Below are positions 27,801-34,315 of a stretch of 40,771 nt of DNA, piece by piece (the first letter of the stretch is position 1; the number at the start of each line of letters is the position of its first letter). The stretch is from IMG/VR virus record IMGVR_UViG_3300044998_000126, positions 1 through 40,771 of that record. One strand, 5' to 3'. The DNA comes from a virus (Duplodnaviria > Caudoviricetes). The notes beneath the pieces were generated by a model. It saw only the letters and a list, made by a program, of their open reading frames with translations. It had not been told where the DNA came from and made no database searches. The translations under genes were made by a program, and so were the position numbers.

Positions 27801-30800
27801 CGCGGCTGGGTGGAGCGTGGTGAGCGGGCGATGCGGCCGGGTGGGAAGGTGGCGATGAGTCGTGATGGCGCCGACCAGCCGCAAGACCAGACCCAGACCG
27901 AAGCCTTCCGCCGCTGGTTTGGTGACAGCAAGGTGGTGGATGCCGATGGCAACCCGCTGGTGGTGTATCACGGGACGCGGGCTGACATCACTACGTTTGA
28001 CCCTGAACGCGCTGGCTCAAAGACTGATTCTGGTGCGTGGGGCAGAGGAATCTACTTCGCAGCCGATCCCGAATACGCTGGCGCTTATGCGGGGCGGACT
28101 GAGGGATCGAACATCGTTCCGGCGTACATCTCCTTGCAAAACCCGCTTGTCGTGGACGCGCGAGAACGCACGGCGGCTATTCGTGGGATCGGGCTTGAGG
28201 TGCCTCGCGGCGACCCGACGCCCGCGTGGTCGCAGCAATTTGCCAATGCGGTAGCACAACGCGGTTACGATGGGGTGATCGTGACATTGGACGGGGCTCC
28301 GGCGGAGATCGTCGCCTTCCGCCCCGAGCAGATCAAGAGCGCCACCGGCAACCGCGGCACGTTCGATCCCGAGAACCCGGACATCCGCTTTAGCCGCTCC
28401 ACCCTGGGCAACACCCCGCCCACGCCGCCGCAGAACCCAAACGCCTGGCAGAAGCTGAAAGCCAAGGCGCTGGAGCTGACCAACCCGGACGCGATCGAGA
28501 GCCTGATCTACGAGTACCAGGACAAGAACATTGACCTGAAGCGGCTGCGCGATCACATCAAGGAGCTGGGCGGCACGATCACGGACCTGAACGACGCCTA
28601 CCTGGGCGAAGAGCTGTACCACAAGCGCCTGGCCAAGCGGACGCAGGACTTTTTGAGCGAAGAGCTCAAGCCGCTGCTGGCCGACATGCGCGCCCGCGGG
28701 GTGGACATGCCGACGCTGGAGCGCTATCTGCACGCCCGCCATGCGCCCGAGGCCAACCGCGTGCTGGCCGAGCGCAACCCGAATGCCCAGATGATCGAGG
28801 CCGGCAAGGCCAAGGCGCTGGCCGAGGTGAAGGCGCTGGAGGTGCAACTGCAACGCGCCCGCGCGCAGGGCACGGCCACCAAGGCGGTCGAGCAGGCGCT
28901 GGAGCAGGCGCTGGCCGAACGCGACCGCTGGACCGGGGCGCAGGCCTTCAAGGGCACCGAGGCCGAGCGCCTGAGCCTGTCGGGCATGAGCGACGCCGAG
29001 GCGGCCGCTTTCATGGGCGGTCTGCCGGCCGGCCAGAAGGTGCACCTGGAGGCGCTGGCTGCCAGGGTGGATGCGATGCAGGCCAAGACGCTGGAGGTGC
29101 TGGAGAAATATGGCCTGATGGACAAGGCCACGCTGGACGCCTGGCGCAGCACGTACCAGTTCTATGTGCCGCTGCACCGTGACGAAGCCCATCCGGATGC
29201 CGTGAGCCACCCGATCGGGCAGGGCTTCAGCACCAAGGGCGATGCGTCGAAACGCCGCACCGGCTCCAACGAGAAGGTGACGAACATCCTGGCGCACATT
29301 GCCATGCAGCGCGAGGCGGCGCTCACCCGCGGTGAAAAGAACCGCGTGGCCAAGAAGCTGTACCTGATGGCCGCGCAGAACCCGGACCCGGAGATCTGGT
29401 CGGTGGACAAGCCGCCGATGATGAAAACCGTGGACCGGGAGACGGGCTTTGTACGCACGACGGTGGACCCGACGTACCGCAACAAGCCGAACGTGGTGAT
29501 GGTGCGCATCGGCGGCAAGGACCACGCGATCACGTTCAACGAGCGCAACCCGAAGGCGGTGCGGATGGCGCAGTCGATCAAGGGCGCGGACGTGGGCGAC
29601 CTGAACGCCTTTGAGTCGATCATGGGCAAGGCCACCCGCTGGCTGGCCAGCGTCAACACCCAATACAACCCGATCTTCGGCATCATCAACTTCGCCCGTG
29701 ACGTGCAGGCCGCCATCCTGCAACTGAGCACGACACCGCTGAAGGGCCAGGAGCGCGCCGTGGCCGCCTATGTGCCGGCGGCGCTCAAGGGCATCTATGC
29801 CGAGGTGCGCAGCCGCCGCAAGGGGCAGTCTCGCGGCACGGGGCAGTGGGCCAAGCTGTGGGAGGACATGCAGGACGAAGGCGGCACCACCGGATACCGC
29901 GAGCTGTTCATCACGCCGGATGAGCGGGTGAAGGCGCTGACCAAGGAGCTCAACGCGCTGGAGCGCGGCAAGGTATCCGAGGCCGCGCATGCCGTGGTGG
30001 ACTGGCTGTCCGACTACAACGAGACGATGGAGAACGCCGTGCGCCTGGCCGCCTACAAGGTGGCGCTGGACCAGGGCATGAGCAAGGAGCGCGCCGCCAG
30101 CCTGGCCAAGAATCTGACGGTCAACTTCAACCGCCGCGGCCGGCAGACGGCCCGACTGGGTGCGTATTACGCCTTCCTGAATGCCGCGATCCAGGGCACG
30201 ACCCGCATGGTGGAGACGCTGCGCGGGCCGCTGGGCCGCAAGATCATGCTGGGGGGTGTTATGCTGGGCGCCGTGAATGCCTTGATCGGCATGGCCATGA
30301 TGGGCGGCGACGACGAAGAGGACAACTGGGAGAAGATCCCCGACTTTGTGAAGGAGCGCAGCCTCATCGTCCCGCTGGGGCGCGAGGACTACCTGGCCAT
30401 CCCCATGCCGCTTGGCTATCACGTGTTCCCGAACCTGGGCCGCAAGGCGGTGGAGATGATGATGCACGACGATCCGACCAAGGGCGTCGGCAGCCACATT
30501 GCGGAGATGCTGCGCATCACGCTGGATGCATTCAACCCGCTGGGCGGATCGGAGAACCTGGCGCAGATGGTGACGCCGACGCCGTTCGACCCGGCCGTCG
30601 CGCTGATGATGAACCGCGACTGGACGGGCAAGCCGATCTACCGCGAGGACAACAGCAACCTGGACCCAACGCCGGGCCACCAGCGCACCAAGGACACCGC
30701 GAGCGCCTTCAGCAAGGCCGTGTCCGAGGCGCTGAACAAGATCACGGGCGGCACGGACTACCAACCGGGCGCCGTGAGCGTGACGCCGGACCAGATCGAC

Positions 30801-31262
30801 TACGTGATCGGGCAGATCACCGGCGGCCTGGGCCGCGAGATCCTGAAACTGGAGAACTCGATCACGGCCCCGCTGACCGGAGACGAGTTGCCGGCCTACA
30901 AGATCCCCCTGGTGGGCCGTCTATACGGCAACACCCGCGGGCCGGCCAACAACGCGGAGCTGTTCTACGAGCACGTGCGCGAGCTCAACCAGATCGAGAA
31001 CGAGATCCGCGGCCGCGCCCGAGACGGCGGCGATGTGGCGGGCTACATGGCCGAGGAACCGCTGTCCGCTCTGGTTGGCATGGGCAACGCGGCGGAGAAC
31101 CAGATCCGCAAGCTGCGACAGTACCGCGCGGAGGTGGTGCGCCGCGCCGAACCGGGCTACCAGGATGAGGTCAAGCGCATCAACGAGCAGATGGGCGAGG
31201 TGATGAAGCTGCTCAACCAGGAGGTGCGGCGGGCGAAGATGGAGGCGGCGGCTGCCCAGTAA
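18870..31262 (+). CDS. Giant polyvalent DarB-like internal virion protein (~4130 aa): ddrB-like ParB domain, SF2 helicase, N6-adenine methyltransferase, zincin-like peptidase, ART-PolyVal, LPD38-like C-terminus
   Basis: LQNRDRSR/NNGRT (~20880-21450); GTGTGKT (24168), DEAH (24426), SAT, QQEGRIYR; EPSAGHG and NPPF (26313); HEALGH (27483); YHGT...GIYFA...GYDGVI...EIVAF (~27890-28400); WEKIPDFVKERSLIVP...IPMPLG. Confidence 0.9.
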   Translation: MSKPWERDWSTPSESSAGPKPWERTWAAEAQPVSRGARAIASDLAKGLGGAVVSAVGAVPTAVGRAVQEGGETLFGLSMDEARRLAEADGTPEKALEWHERANRLNPISAAGRAIESGGQWIGRQGDRLRDSRSDEAKKRARQSTPDGDLMRPSTWTMGENPTVEGVAQVTADVIGSMAPPIAAAIATRGRSATTQMRVGGATVAGQIGGAAMEEAGDYLSQFTDDQLRQASPVFRDLEAKGYSAADARTILSRDAENRAATFAAPVGYVGGQATAAILGKPGERLAGGFGSMAAKAGILGALGATEEGLQEVAEGVATRAGINNATGMDRSLTEGTFGEFILGAKGGGVTGAGKGVLEGLRARQSADGAITDDGTSPTVTPEGGNMPPAAAAPEAPLVTSQSSDPTSRLAELDILAEQRDLTPAERQETIDLLTALQDEQDATQGTEGDAPQAPAVEAPKATGGDGAAAAGVPAEPAAPNVEAAGLEPEREAAKRTNFWTWIGTKGYKPADVKVGTPLHAELKAEFDALRNGQPLPSKAQPAAPSVDPVAAVTAWRERFPAKPPSGMSEEQLHQFAGERRNADAQLVQQLEPQANGLVLPTATGFGGITQDPSEAGKWRITRFDAAMEPVGHEVYNSAREAIENLLPRFQAPRAKQAEPILPPLQPQPSVDLQNRDRSRAASVVQMSDIARNPDYMRLGPSRTPDSGAPMVFAVGDDVSRIPAENFGRQDVAVMSDGQRVPFRYAVVDATKVNPSNFADGRQNPEFSSTTPGTIKALNNGRTAGVRAAHEMGTAGEYVAGMQADEAMHGIPADVIARTPNPMLVRVYSDAANTANMAAKSQGQGLGMSPAELARQDAPLMDSSVLGVYEPGEITSAANRDFVRAFIGKLQAAGQDVAGMMTGDGQLSQDGRKRIQAALMQAAYGDVDLVEEMFDSTDTDIKAIGEALKAVAGQWANMRDSARLGVINPQVDVTENLVQAVNLIRKARRERMSLKDLVAQPDLMTGETPHALTVGILRVFYDGQNFTRAVGRDKVVAKLEEYIRAAMATSADAGLFGGEPVSPADILATITGQGALDAQTQPEEGRGEPAGSGDSGGRVGEVRPAGEQPDADRGGRASAEDRGAEPGQDAAPEARQQDGQGDQGGQGGDGAGQGGTAGGQQGSAEGQADRLTLPVKSPLDADAKKPARKAKGEGVKAKPVEAASDQPAIDREKLDKDFRTFPTQILNNLLERGEAAKLYKAAGVKGASAFGDLAMDDKAAAYVKFVQQGGKPVENLPKDYNAWVKSEERAAEVRRLQSDRVVRQENGKPFKSKTSAQQYQERYDLTGTHEVVAVDGGFELRQLSPAAQAELKRKAEGRESYTEAQAAVAEEMGIGQTPDGEWDATDEQFDEMERRVQARMRGEPAEPLLTNPTREDVLAQQERAENAQAADEREQIRRESEAGAGTFSLEMQDGRQDTTADLFRQTAPKPTRPAVSPNTIFTEDAAAKARERLRKKLWQLNSGLDPEMMMDGITLAGYHIEKGARTFAAYARAMLADLGDGVRPYLKSWYMGVKYDPRAAGFDGMDDAATVESADLDALTAQENDDVPGSDVRVERDRQEPAPGPAVGDAVPDDAGGSAEGNRADGGRTRRGGRRGQPDGAGVSTGGAVAGGERSDLGLPGGDPAAEHARVSTGADFGERGSDIGVDGVSTDPIPATQVDAVATRGDERAEREQAQRRADRIPVIAGNAENIRQTLPYLLAGQQEDVAKAEARFAQPDGYGMLFTNGTGTGKTFTGLGIVKRFERQGKGNVLIVVPDDKIASDWIESGRALGLTITALRDTKDAGRGITVTTYANLGENDALVSRQWDLFVADEAHELMKSADGYVTKGLAALRALSLHPDGAHTRYEMLNRPDIQKAAALDEQIKVNLRMMSRDDTMDVMVESLRRENQRMEAELAALYAKLDAARTAVREDVKSRQGASRPRAVFLSATPFAYEFNIDWANGYLFDYNEGQSDESLEFRGYNQGSNRDRFFMTHFGYTMRYNKLTKPAPSKVDTGLMQRQFNSWLKSRGVLSARMLDVPADYDRKFVLVDSAIGNRIDEALSWLDEQRLADKTGGFRLLRDTIDEKFDYLSRRYLLEAIKATESVPIVREHLRLGRKVVVFHDYKKGGGFNPFDIKPSDAPALDGERQSDQQAFNDTLATFREKFKDLVDAPLGRLPSPIEVFKREFPDVLLVNGDEKKADLLARYKKFQDDASGPQVMLVQSAKNKGWSGHDTTGKHQRVLINLGMPTAPTLAIQQEGRIYRTGQVSNAIIRYLNTGTNWERWAFATTIASRASTAENLAMGEQARALKDAFVAVFEESDAYPPGHEGEGTGGKARDAAANNALTAYDRAKYFYWATQKKNSKTKAQEGTDYFATPEPVGLKMAEWLALRGGEEALEPSAGHGAIARWLPDTVKRTAIEPSGALRARLAMVMSPKDDRIIDGVFEDHHVSNKYDGIVMNPPFGVGGKTAIEHLAKAATHLRDGGRIVALIPTGPAADKRYEQWMYGTEQRPVKPLLEHPTLGSIYAGDTVRTRAAWAPEGRVVRARDGALMVKVEGQPGESMVSLGAVTEVQPTGVRTREVRPAEGIYTVGEIRLPQVTFERAGTKVATRIVILEKQSDRERAPNARAPIDLTDVTDIRELFDRLERLEMPGRRMTAAQEQAAEAERAEQERARQREEARAKKAEPGAPKAANPDAVGTVDRAGHEIIEHVTQKGKTIRGIVRTDLLKEEAQKIDPYTFRKYGGWFIREVYLKSDDAPMASRGRAGGMTESAVRQVADTITSRWTKAPTVVVVPNMQDMRVPEAARQEDARQRAAGATGVPRAFYDRGTVYLVADGLKSVTDAAEALFHEALGHYGLRAVFGSALDGILDQIAVARPDLMRPKAKEYGKDLKVLKQRREVAEEVLAEMAQTKPNLGFVKRAIAAIRTWLRQNVPALKDMALTDAEIINNFILPARGWVERGERAMRPGGKVAMSRDGADQPQDQTQTEAFRRWFGDSKVVDADGNPLVVYHGTRADITTFDPERAGSKTDSGAWGRGIYFAADPEYAGAYAGRTEGSNIVPAYISLQNPLVVDARERTAAIRGIGLEVPRGDPTPAWSQQFANAVAQRGYDGVIVTLDGAPAEIVAFRPEQIKSATGNRGTFDPENPDIRFSRSTLGNTPPTPPQNPNAWQKLKAKALELTNPDAIESLIYEYQDKNIDLKRLRDHIKELGGTITDLNDAYLGEELYHKRLAKRTQDFLSEELKPLLADMRARGVDMPTLERYLHARHAPEANRVLAERNPNAQMIEAGKAKALAEVKALEVQLQRARAQGTATKAVEQALEQALAERDRWTGAQAFKGTEAERLSLSGMSDAEAAAFMGGLPAGQKVHLEALAARVDAMQAKTLEVLEKYGLMDKATLDAWRSTYQFYVPLHRDEAHPDAVSHPIGQGFSTKGDASKRRTGSNEKVTNILAHIAMQREAALTRGEKNRVAKKLYLMAAQNPDPEIWSVDKPPMMKTVDRETGFVRTTVDPTYRNKPNVVMVRIGGKDHAITFNERNPKAVRMAQSIKGADVGDLNAFESIMGKATRWLASVNTQYNPIFGIINFARDVQAAILQLSTTPLKGQERAVAAYVPAALKGIYAEVRSRRKGQSRGTGQWAKLWEDMQDEGGTTGYRELFITPDERVKALTKELNALERGKVSEAAHAVVDWLSDYNETMENAVRLAAYKVALDQGMSKERAASLAKNLTVNFNRRGRQTARLGAYYAFLNAAIQGTTRMVETLRGPLGRKIMLGGVMLGAVNALIGMAMMGGDDEEDNWEKIPDFVKERSLIVPLGREDYLAIPMPLGYHVFPNLGRKAVEMMMHDDPTKGVGSHIAEMLRITLDAFNPLGGSENLAQMVTPTPFDPAVALMMNRDWTGKPIYREDNSNLDPTPGHQRTKDTASAFSKAVSEALNKITGGTDYQPGAVSVTPDQIDYVIGQITGGLGREILKLENSITAPLTGDELPAYKIPLVGRLYGNTRGPANNAELFYEHVRELNQIENEIRGRARDGGDVAGYMAEEPLSALVGMGNAAENQIRKLRQYRAEVVRRAEPGYQDEVKRINEQMGEVMKLLNQEVRRAKMEAAAAQ
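20185..20331 (+). CDS. Possible nested 48-aa ORF in the +1 frame of the giant gene
   Basis: MSKTQRKEPK...LLEYPQNLPPLMWKPLG*. The +1 codons end mostly in G/C while host-frame codons become A/T-ending. No clear RBS. Confidence 0.35.
   Translation: MSKTQRKEPKETPRKPRQWKRQRQREAMEPPLLEYPQNLPPLMWKPLG
22099..22383 (+). CDS. Nested 94-aa protein overprinted in the +1 frame of the giant gene
   Basis: AAGGAG RBS 22087-22092 with 6-nt spacing; protein-like helical sequence; host frame becomes G/E/Q/D low complexity over this span. Confidence 0.75.
   Translation: MRKLNPKKAEENPLAAAILGAVLVKYGRLENSQTQIEAGERLLKIAEQNQDKMPRLKPDSKMAKAIKAAKEAMAPAKAVPPEDSKEALKAKPTD
23626..24042 (+). CDS. Nested 138-aa protein overprinted in the +1 frame of the giant gene
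   Basis: AGGAG RBS 23614-23618 with 7-nt spacing to ATG 23626; globular composition and GC3-rich codons; host frame G/R/D-rich over the same span. Confidence 0.8.
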   Translation: MYQVPMSVWNAIAKSQPLGQPWATLFRMTPEDLPRGIAQMVDAPAEAAGADNRTVLAYRLVAPLLVENEAISAYLEETRQPNMRACLPELTSVNEAVTLASMEYRLTPSQQRKLTQLLRAAMSGQSASRPSDALTASR

Positions 31263-31292
31263 TCACTGGCCAAGCAAGGAGTGGACGGACAT

Positions 31293-31338
31293 AAAACGAG
31301 ACGGCCCAAGGAATCAACGCCTTGGGCCGTTCTGTTTT
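31293..31338. terminator. Bidirectional intrinsic terminator between convergent late and early arms
   Basis: ACGGCCCAAGG-AATCAACG-CCTTGGGCCGT (31301-31330) flanked by AAAAC and GTTTT. Confidence 0.8.
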
Positions 31339-31361
31339 CGGCGCGTAGCACGGATGTAGCA

Positions 31362-31622
31362 CTATGCCGCCAGTTGCTCCATTTCTTTCCGGGCCGCCTC
31401 GCGCCGCCGATCGAGGTAGTCCGCCAGATCCTGGAGGTGCACGCCCTTGGCGGCCTTCTGGCTACCTTCCATGCGCACCAGCGGCAGGCAGATCTCGCCG
31501 GACGAGCATTTGCGCACGAACTTGTCGGGCGTCAGGTGCTGGAAGTAGTCGCGGCACACGATCTCCACAGGGATGACGGCGCGCGCGTCGTACTGGGTCA
31601 TCAGGAGCATGAGTGTCTTCAA
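31362..31622 (-). CDS. Pyocin activator PrtN-family (excisionase-like) DNA-binding protein
   Basis: LLMTQYDARAVIPVEIVCRDYF...LPLVRMEGSQKAAKGVHLQDLADYLD matches the PrtN family pattern. Confidence 0.88.
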   Translation of the reverse strand: MKTLMLLMTQYDARAVIPVEIVCRDYFQHLTPDKFVRKCSSGEICLPLVRMEGSQKAAKGVHLQDLADYLDRRREAARKEMEQLAA

Positions 31623-32149
31623 ACCGTCACCTCCACATCGTGGGGCTGGCGCTTGCCAGCCAGAATCTCGGCGATGCGCTGCTCGGTCAGCCGGTGGCAG
31701 CGCACCATGCTGCGCGCTGGCAGCGTCTCCAGCACCATGGCGTAGTCCTCCAGCACGGCGCGCACGGCGCGGATGCCAGCGCCATCCAGCCGGATCGGCC
31801 CTCCAGCACGGTGTCGTTGTCCGGCCATCGCCAGCGCCGTGATGGCGTCATCCAGCAGGCCGTTGTCGGCGATTTCGACCAGCGATCCGTCGCAGGCCAT
31901 CCACGGGCCGCGCGTGACAAGGGTCTCCAGCATGTTGACGGCATCGCTGCAGACGCGCCAGTCGTCGGTGGTGGGGCTGGGCGCTGTCTCCAGCGCCACC
32001 AGCCCCTGCCACATGCGTGTCAGGTGGTGCGTGCGCCACTCCTGCGGCAGCGGCTCGGTCGGGCTCGCCATCAGTTCGTGCCACGGCGTGTAGCTGCGGA
32101 TCACGCGGGGCGTGGCGCGCCTGCGCTTGGGCTTGGTGCGGCCGGCCAC
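31619..32149 (-). CDS. Hypothetical phage protein (probable GTG start 32149)
   Basis: GGAG RBS, coupled to both neighbours; PTTDDWRVCSDAVNMLETL motif. Confidence 0.7.
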   Translation of the reverse strand: MAGRTKPKRRRATPRVIRSYTPWHELMASPTEPLPQEWRTHHLTRMWQGLVALETAPSPTTDDWRVCSDAVNMLETLVTRGPWMACDGSLVEIADNGLLDDAITALAMAGQRHRAGGPIRLDGAGIRAVRAVLEDYAMVLETLPARSMVRCHRLTEQRIAEILAGKRQPHDVEVTV

Positions 32150-32150
32150 T

Positions 32151-32588
32151 TCAATCGCTCCGCCACTGTTCTGTCGACAGTGCAGGCGTGGCTTCACTGT
32201 CGGCGGGATGTTCTCCACGGAAAGTCACGATCACGTCGCCGGTGTTGTGATCCCCCGCCACGTCGGCCATTTGCCTCCATGCCAGATGCTGGAGGCAGTC
32301 GCTCAGGTAGGCGCGGTCGGCGTCGAGCACTTCGCGCGCGATGCGCCACACGCCTTGGCGCTGGATTTGCCCTTCGGTGCAGATGACGCTTTCGGCGGCG
32401 TCGTCGGCCAGGCGCAGGGCGCGAGCCCAGTCATCGGACTGCGAAAGCGCATCGCACACCGTGTCGATGGCGATGCCGATCTGTCGAGGGTCGCCCATGG
32501 CTGGCATAGCATCTTCAGGGAGATGCGCCGGGGCACGGCGCCATTCGTTGTGCGCGCGCAGAATGCTCACTGCTTCGTCGATTTTCAT
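32151..32588 (-). CDS. Hypothetical phage protein
   Basis: GGAG RBS; AVSILRAHNEWRR...PRQIGIAIDTV motif. Confidence 0.7.
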   Translation of the reverse strand: MKIDEAVSILRAHNEWRRAPAHLPEDAMPAMGDPRQIGIAIDTVCDALSQSDDWARALRLADDAAESVICTEGQIQRQGVWRIAREVLDADRAYLSDCLQHLAWRQMADVAGDHNTGDVIVTFRGEHPADSEATPALSTEQWRSD

Positions 32589-32624
32589 GACTCGTCTCCG
32601 AAAAGTCCTCGCTGTCCGACGCCT

Positions 32625-32837
32625 TCAATCGCCCGCACGCTGCGCGTCATCTTTCAGGAAGCCAATCTCTGGAGACTCATTACGCAGCGCGTAATACTCC
32701 ACCTGCACCTTGGCGGAAGCGATCATCTTCCCGGCCAAGTTGGCAAGCTCTGCCGCCTCGCCTGGCTTGATTTCGCCCGCCTTCAGTTGGGCGAATACCT
32801 GCGCCAGTTCGGCGCGAAGTTCAGATGCTGTGTTCAC
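32625..32837 (-). CDS. Hypothetical helical protein (GTG start)
   Basis: GAGG RBS; ELRAELAQVFAQLKAGEI...ANLAGKMIASAKVQVEY. Confidence 0.7.
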   Translation of the reverse strand: MNTASELRAELAQVFAQLKAGEIKPGEAAELANLAGKMIASAKVQVEYYALRNESPEIGFLKDDAQRAGD

Positions 32838-33231
32838 GGATGTACCTCTTGATCTTGAGTAGTTCGCGTTGGGCTTCGACCAGCGGCTGCGGGATGTCTT
32901 TGCAGCGCAGCCCCATTTCCTGCGCCAGCATCCGGCGCACGTAGGCATCGCTGAGCTTGGCACGCTGGCGGGCCATGTTTTCCCGGCACACGTCGCGGCG
33001 CTTGTCCGGGTTGGCCTTTGTCCACTCGACGGCGCGGGCCTTCACGGACTCGGCATGGGCCGCGTACCACTGGCGGTAGTACGCCTTCATCTCGGGCCGC
33101 TGGTGCGGCTTGACTGCCTGCGCGGCGTACCATTCGCGGCGTTGTGCTTTCTCGCACTCGCGGCACGCGCTTCTGGTGCCTCGGTAGGCGTCGGCGGGCT
33201 TTGTCTGGTTGCAGGTGCGGCAGGTTTTCAT
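32821..33231 (-). CDS. Zinc-ribbon (CxxC...CxxC) protein, HNH-associated-type N-terminus without an evident nuclease domain
   Basis: MKTCRTC...ACREC; GGAG RBS; ATGA overlap. Confidence 0.7.
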   Translation of the reverse strand: MKTCRTCNQTKPADAYRGTRSACRECEKAQRREWYAAQAVKPHQRPEMKAYYRQWYAAHAESVKARAVEWTKANPDKRRDVCRENMARQRAKLSDAYVRRMLAQEMGLRCKDIPQPLVEAQRELLKIKRYIREHSI

Positions 33232-33866
33232 GCTTGCTCCTGCTGCTCCAGTTTCTTGAACTCGATCACCCACACCCAAGGGTTGGCGTCCCATGAGCCG
33301 GGGCCATTGATGGATTCCCACAGCGTGCGGTAGGATTCGGTGGGGAAGTTGAGCATCGGCGCGCACATGGCTTCGGCGTCGCTCAGCGAGTAATTGCGCC
33401 AGTAGCGGCCGCCCTCCACGAAAGCGCCATCAATTCCCTCTGCGATCGCATCGGCCTCGCTGATGTCCTGCAACCGCTCGACGCGCACGTCGGTGATCTC
33501 CAGCGTGATGCGAGAGGCCCAGCGGGGCATGTGGATGCTTGGGCGCCAACGCCATGTGTCGCGTTCGTTCTGATACTCGCCATCGGCTCTGTAGCGCAAG
33601 GATTCCCTCTGAAAACCGCCGAGCATGTGGGGCAGCGCGCCCCAGGTCTCCCGGACCCAAAGTCTGTCTCCGGGCTCGCCGAAGGGGCACTGGTGCCAAA
33701 AGTCCTCGGCAAGCTCCGCGTCCTCCGACCACGGCCACAGCTTGCCGTCATCGTTCTCACAGATGGAATGGCAGCGCACTTTCACCGCCCGCCTCGTCTG
33801 TGTCTTGGCACCGGACATGATCGCGCGGACCATCGGCGCGCTGAAGATGATTGGGCGCTCCTTCAT
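33228..33866 (-). CDS. Conserved phage protein (ASCH/PUA-like, MKERPIIF family)
   Basis: PIIFSAPMVRAI..G.KTQTRR, CPFGEPGDRLWVRETW, WRPSIHMPRWASRI, WDANPWVWVIEF. Confidence 0.85.
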   Translation of the reverse strand: MKERPIIFSAPMVRAIMSGAKTQTRRAVKVRCHSICENDDGKLWPWSEDAELAEDFWHQCPFGEPGDRLWVRETWGALPHMLGGFQRESLRYRADGEYQNERDTWRWRPSIHMPRWASRITLEITDVRVERLQDISEADAIAEGIDGAFVEGGRYWRNYSLSDAEAMCAPMLNFPTESYRTLWESINGPGSWDANPWVWVIEFKKLEQQEQA

Positions 33867-34315
33867 GCCTTCTGCTCCATGCCTTTCTCCAGCCGCTCGC
33901 GCAGAGCGGCGATGGTCGGAAAAAGCAGCTTGAGCGCACCTTCTCTAGCCAGCCCGCCCTCACCAAAGTCTTCGCTGCCCGTTGTCCAGTTCAGCGCCCC
34001 CAGCGCCTGCCCCAGCAGGGCTTCGTCGCGCTCGACCTTCGCAGCCAACGCATCGCGTTCGGCGAGCAGCTCACGGATGGTGTCGGGGTCGCATGCGGCA
34101 ATCAGCAGCGTGTTGGCTTTCTGCTCCACCCAGCCGGAACGCCCGCCGACATGCACGTACAGCGGCATCCACTCCGTGCTTTTTTCATCACTCGCCCCTG
34201 CGCCAAGAACCAGGTACGGCAAATCGCTGTACTGCCGATCCGTAACCGGTTCCCACGGCCCAGGCGTCGGCCCCTTCGCCAGCGCCCGGCGAATGTTCTC
34301 GTATCGGTCGGTCAT
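33863..34315 (-). CDS. Ead/Ea22-like hypothetical protein
   Basis: TPGPW...ANTLLIAACDPDTIRELLAERD motif. Confidence 0.7.
   Translation of the reverse strand: MTDRYENIRRALAKGPTPGPWEPVTDRQYSDLPYLVLGAGASDEKSTEWMPLYVHVGGRSGWVEQKANTLLIAACDPDTIRELLAERDALAAKVERDEALLGQALGALNWTTGSEDFGEGGLAREGALKLLFPTIAALRERLEKGMEQKA

Noticed and set aside
27862-28254. 130-aa +1 ORF over the ART domain as a fourth nested gene
   Set aside because: Overlaps a conserved catalytic domain rather than a linker, has shadow-like composition and no convincing RBS.
20328-30764. Very long antisense ORFs (20328-23780, 23844-26492, 28017-30764)
   Set aside because: Mirror-frame shadows of a GC3-rich gene; no recognisable motifs.
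33226-33240. Minus-strand GGAGCAAGCATGAAA resembling the late motif
   Set aside because: Explained as RBS plus start codon of the Zn-ribbon gene; lacks the CGTG 5' part.
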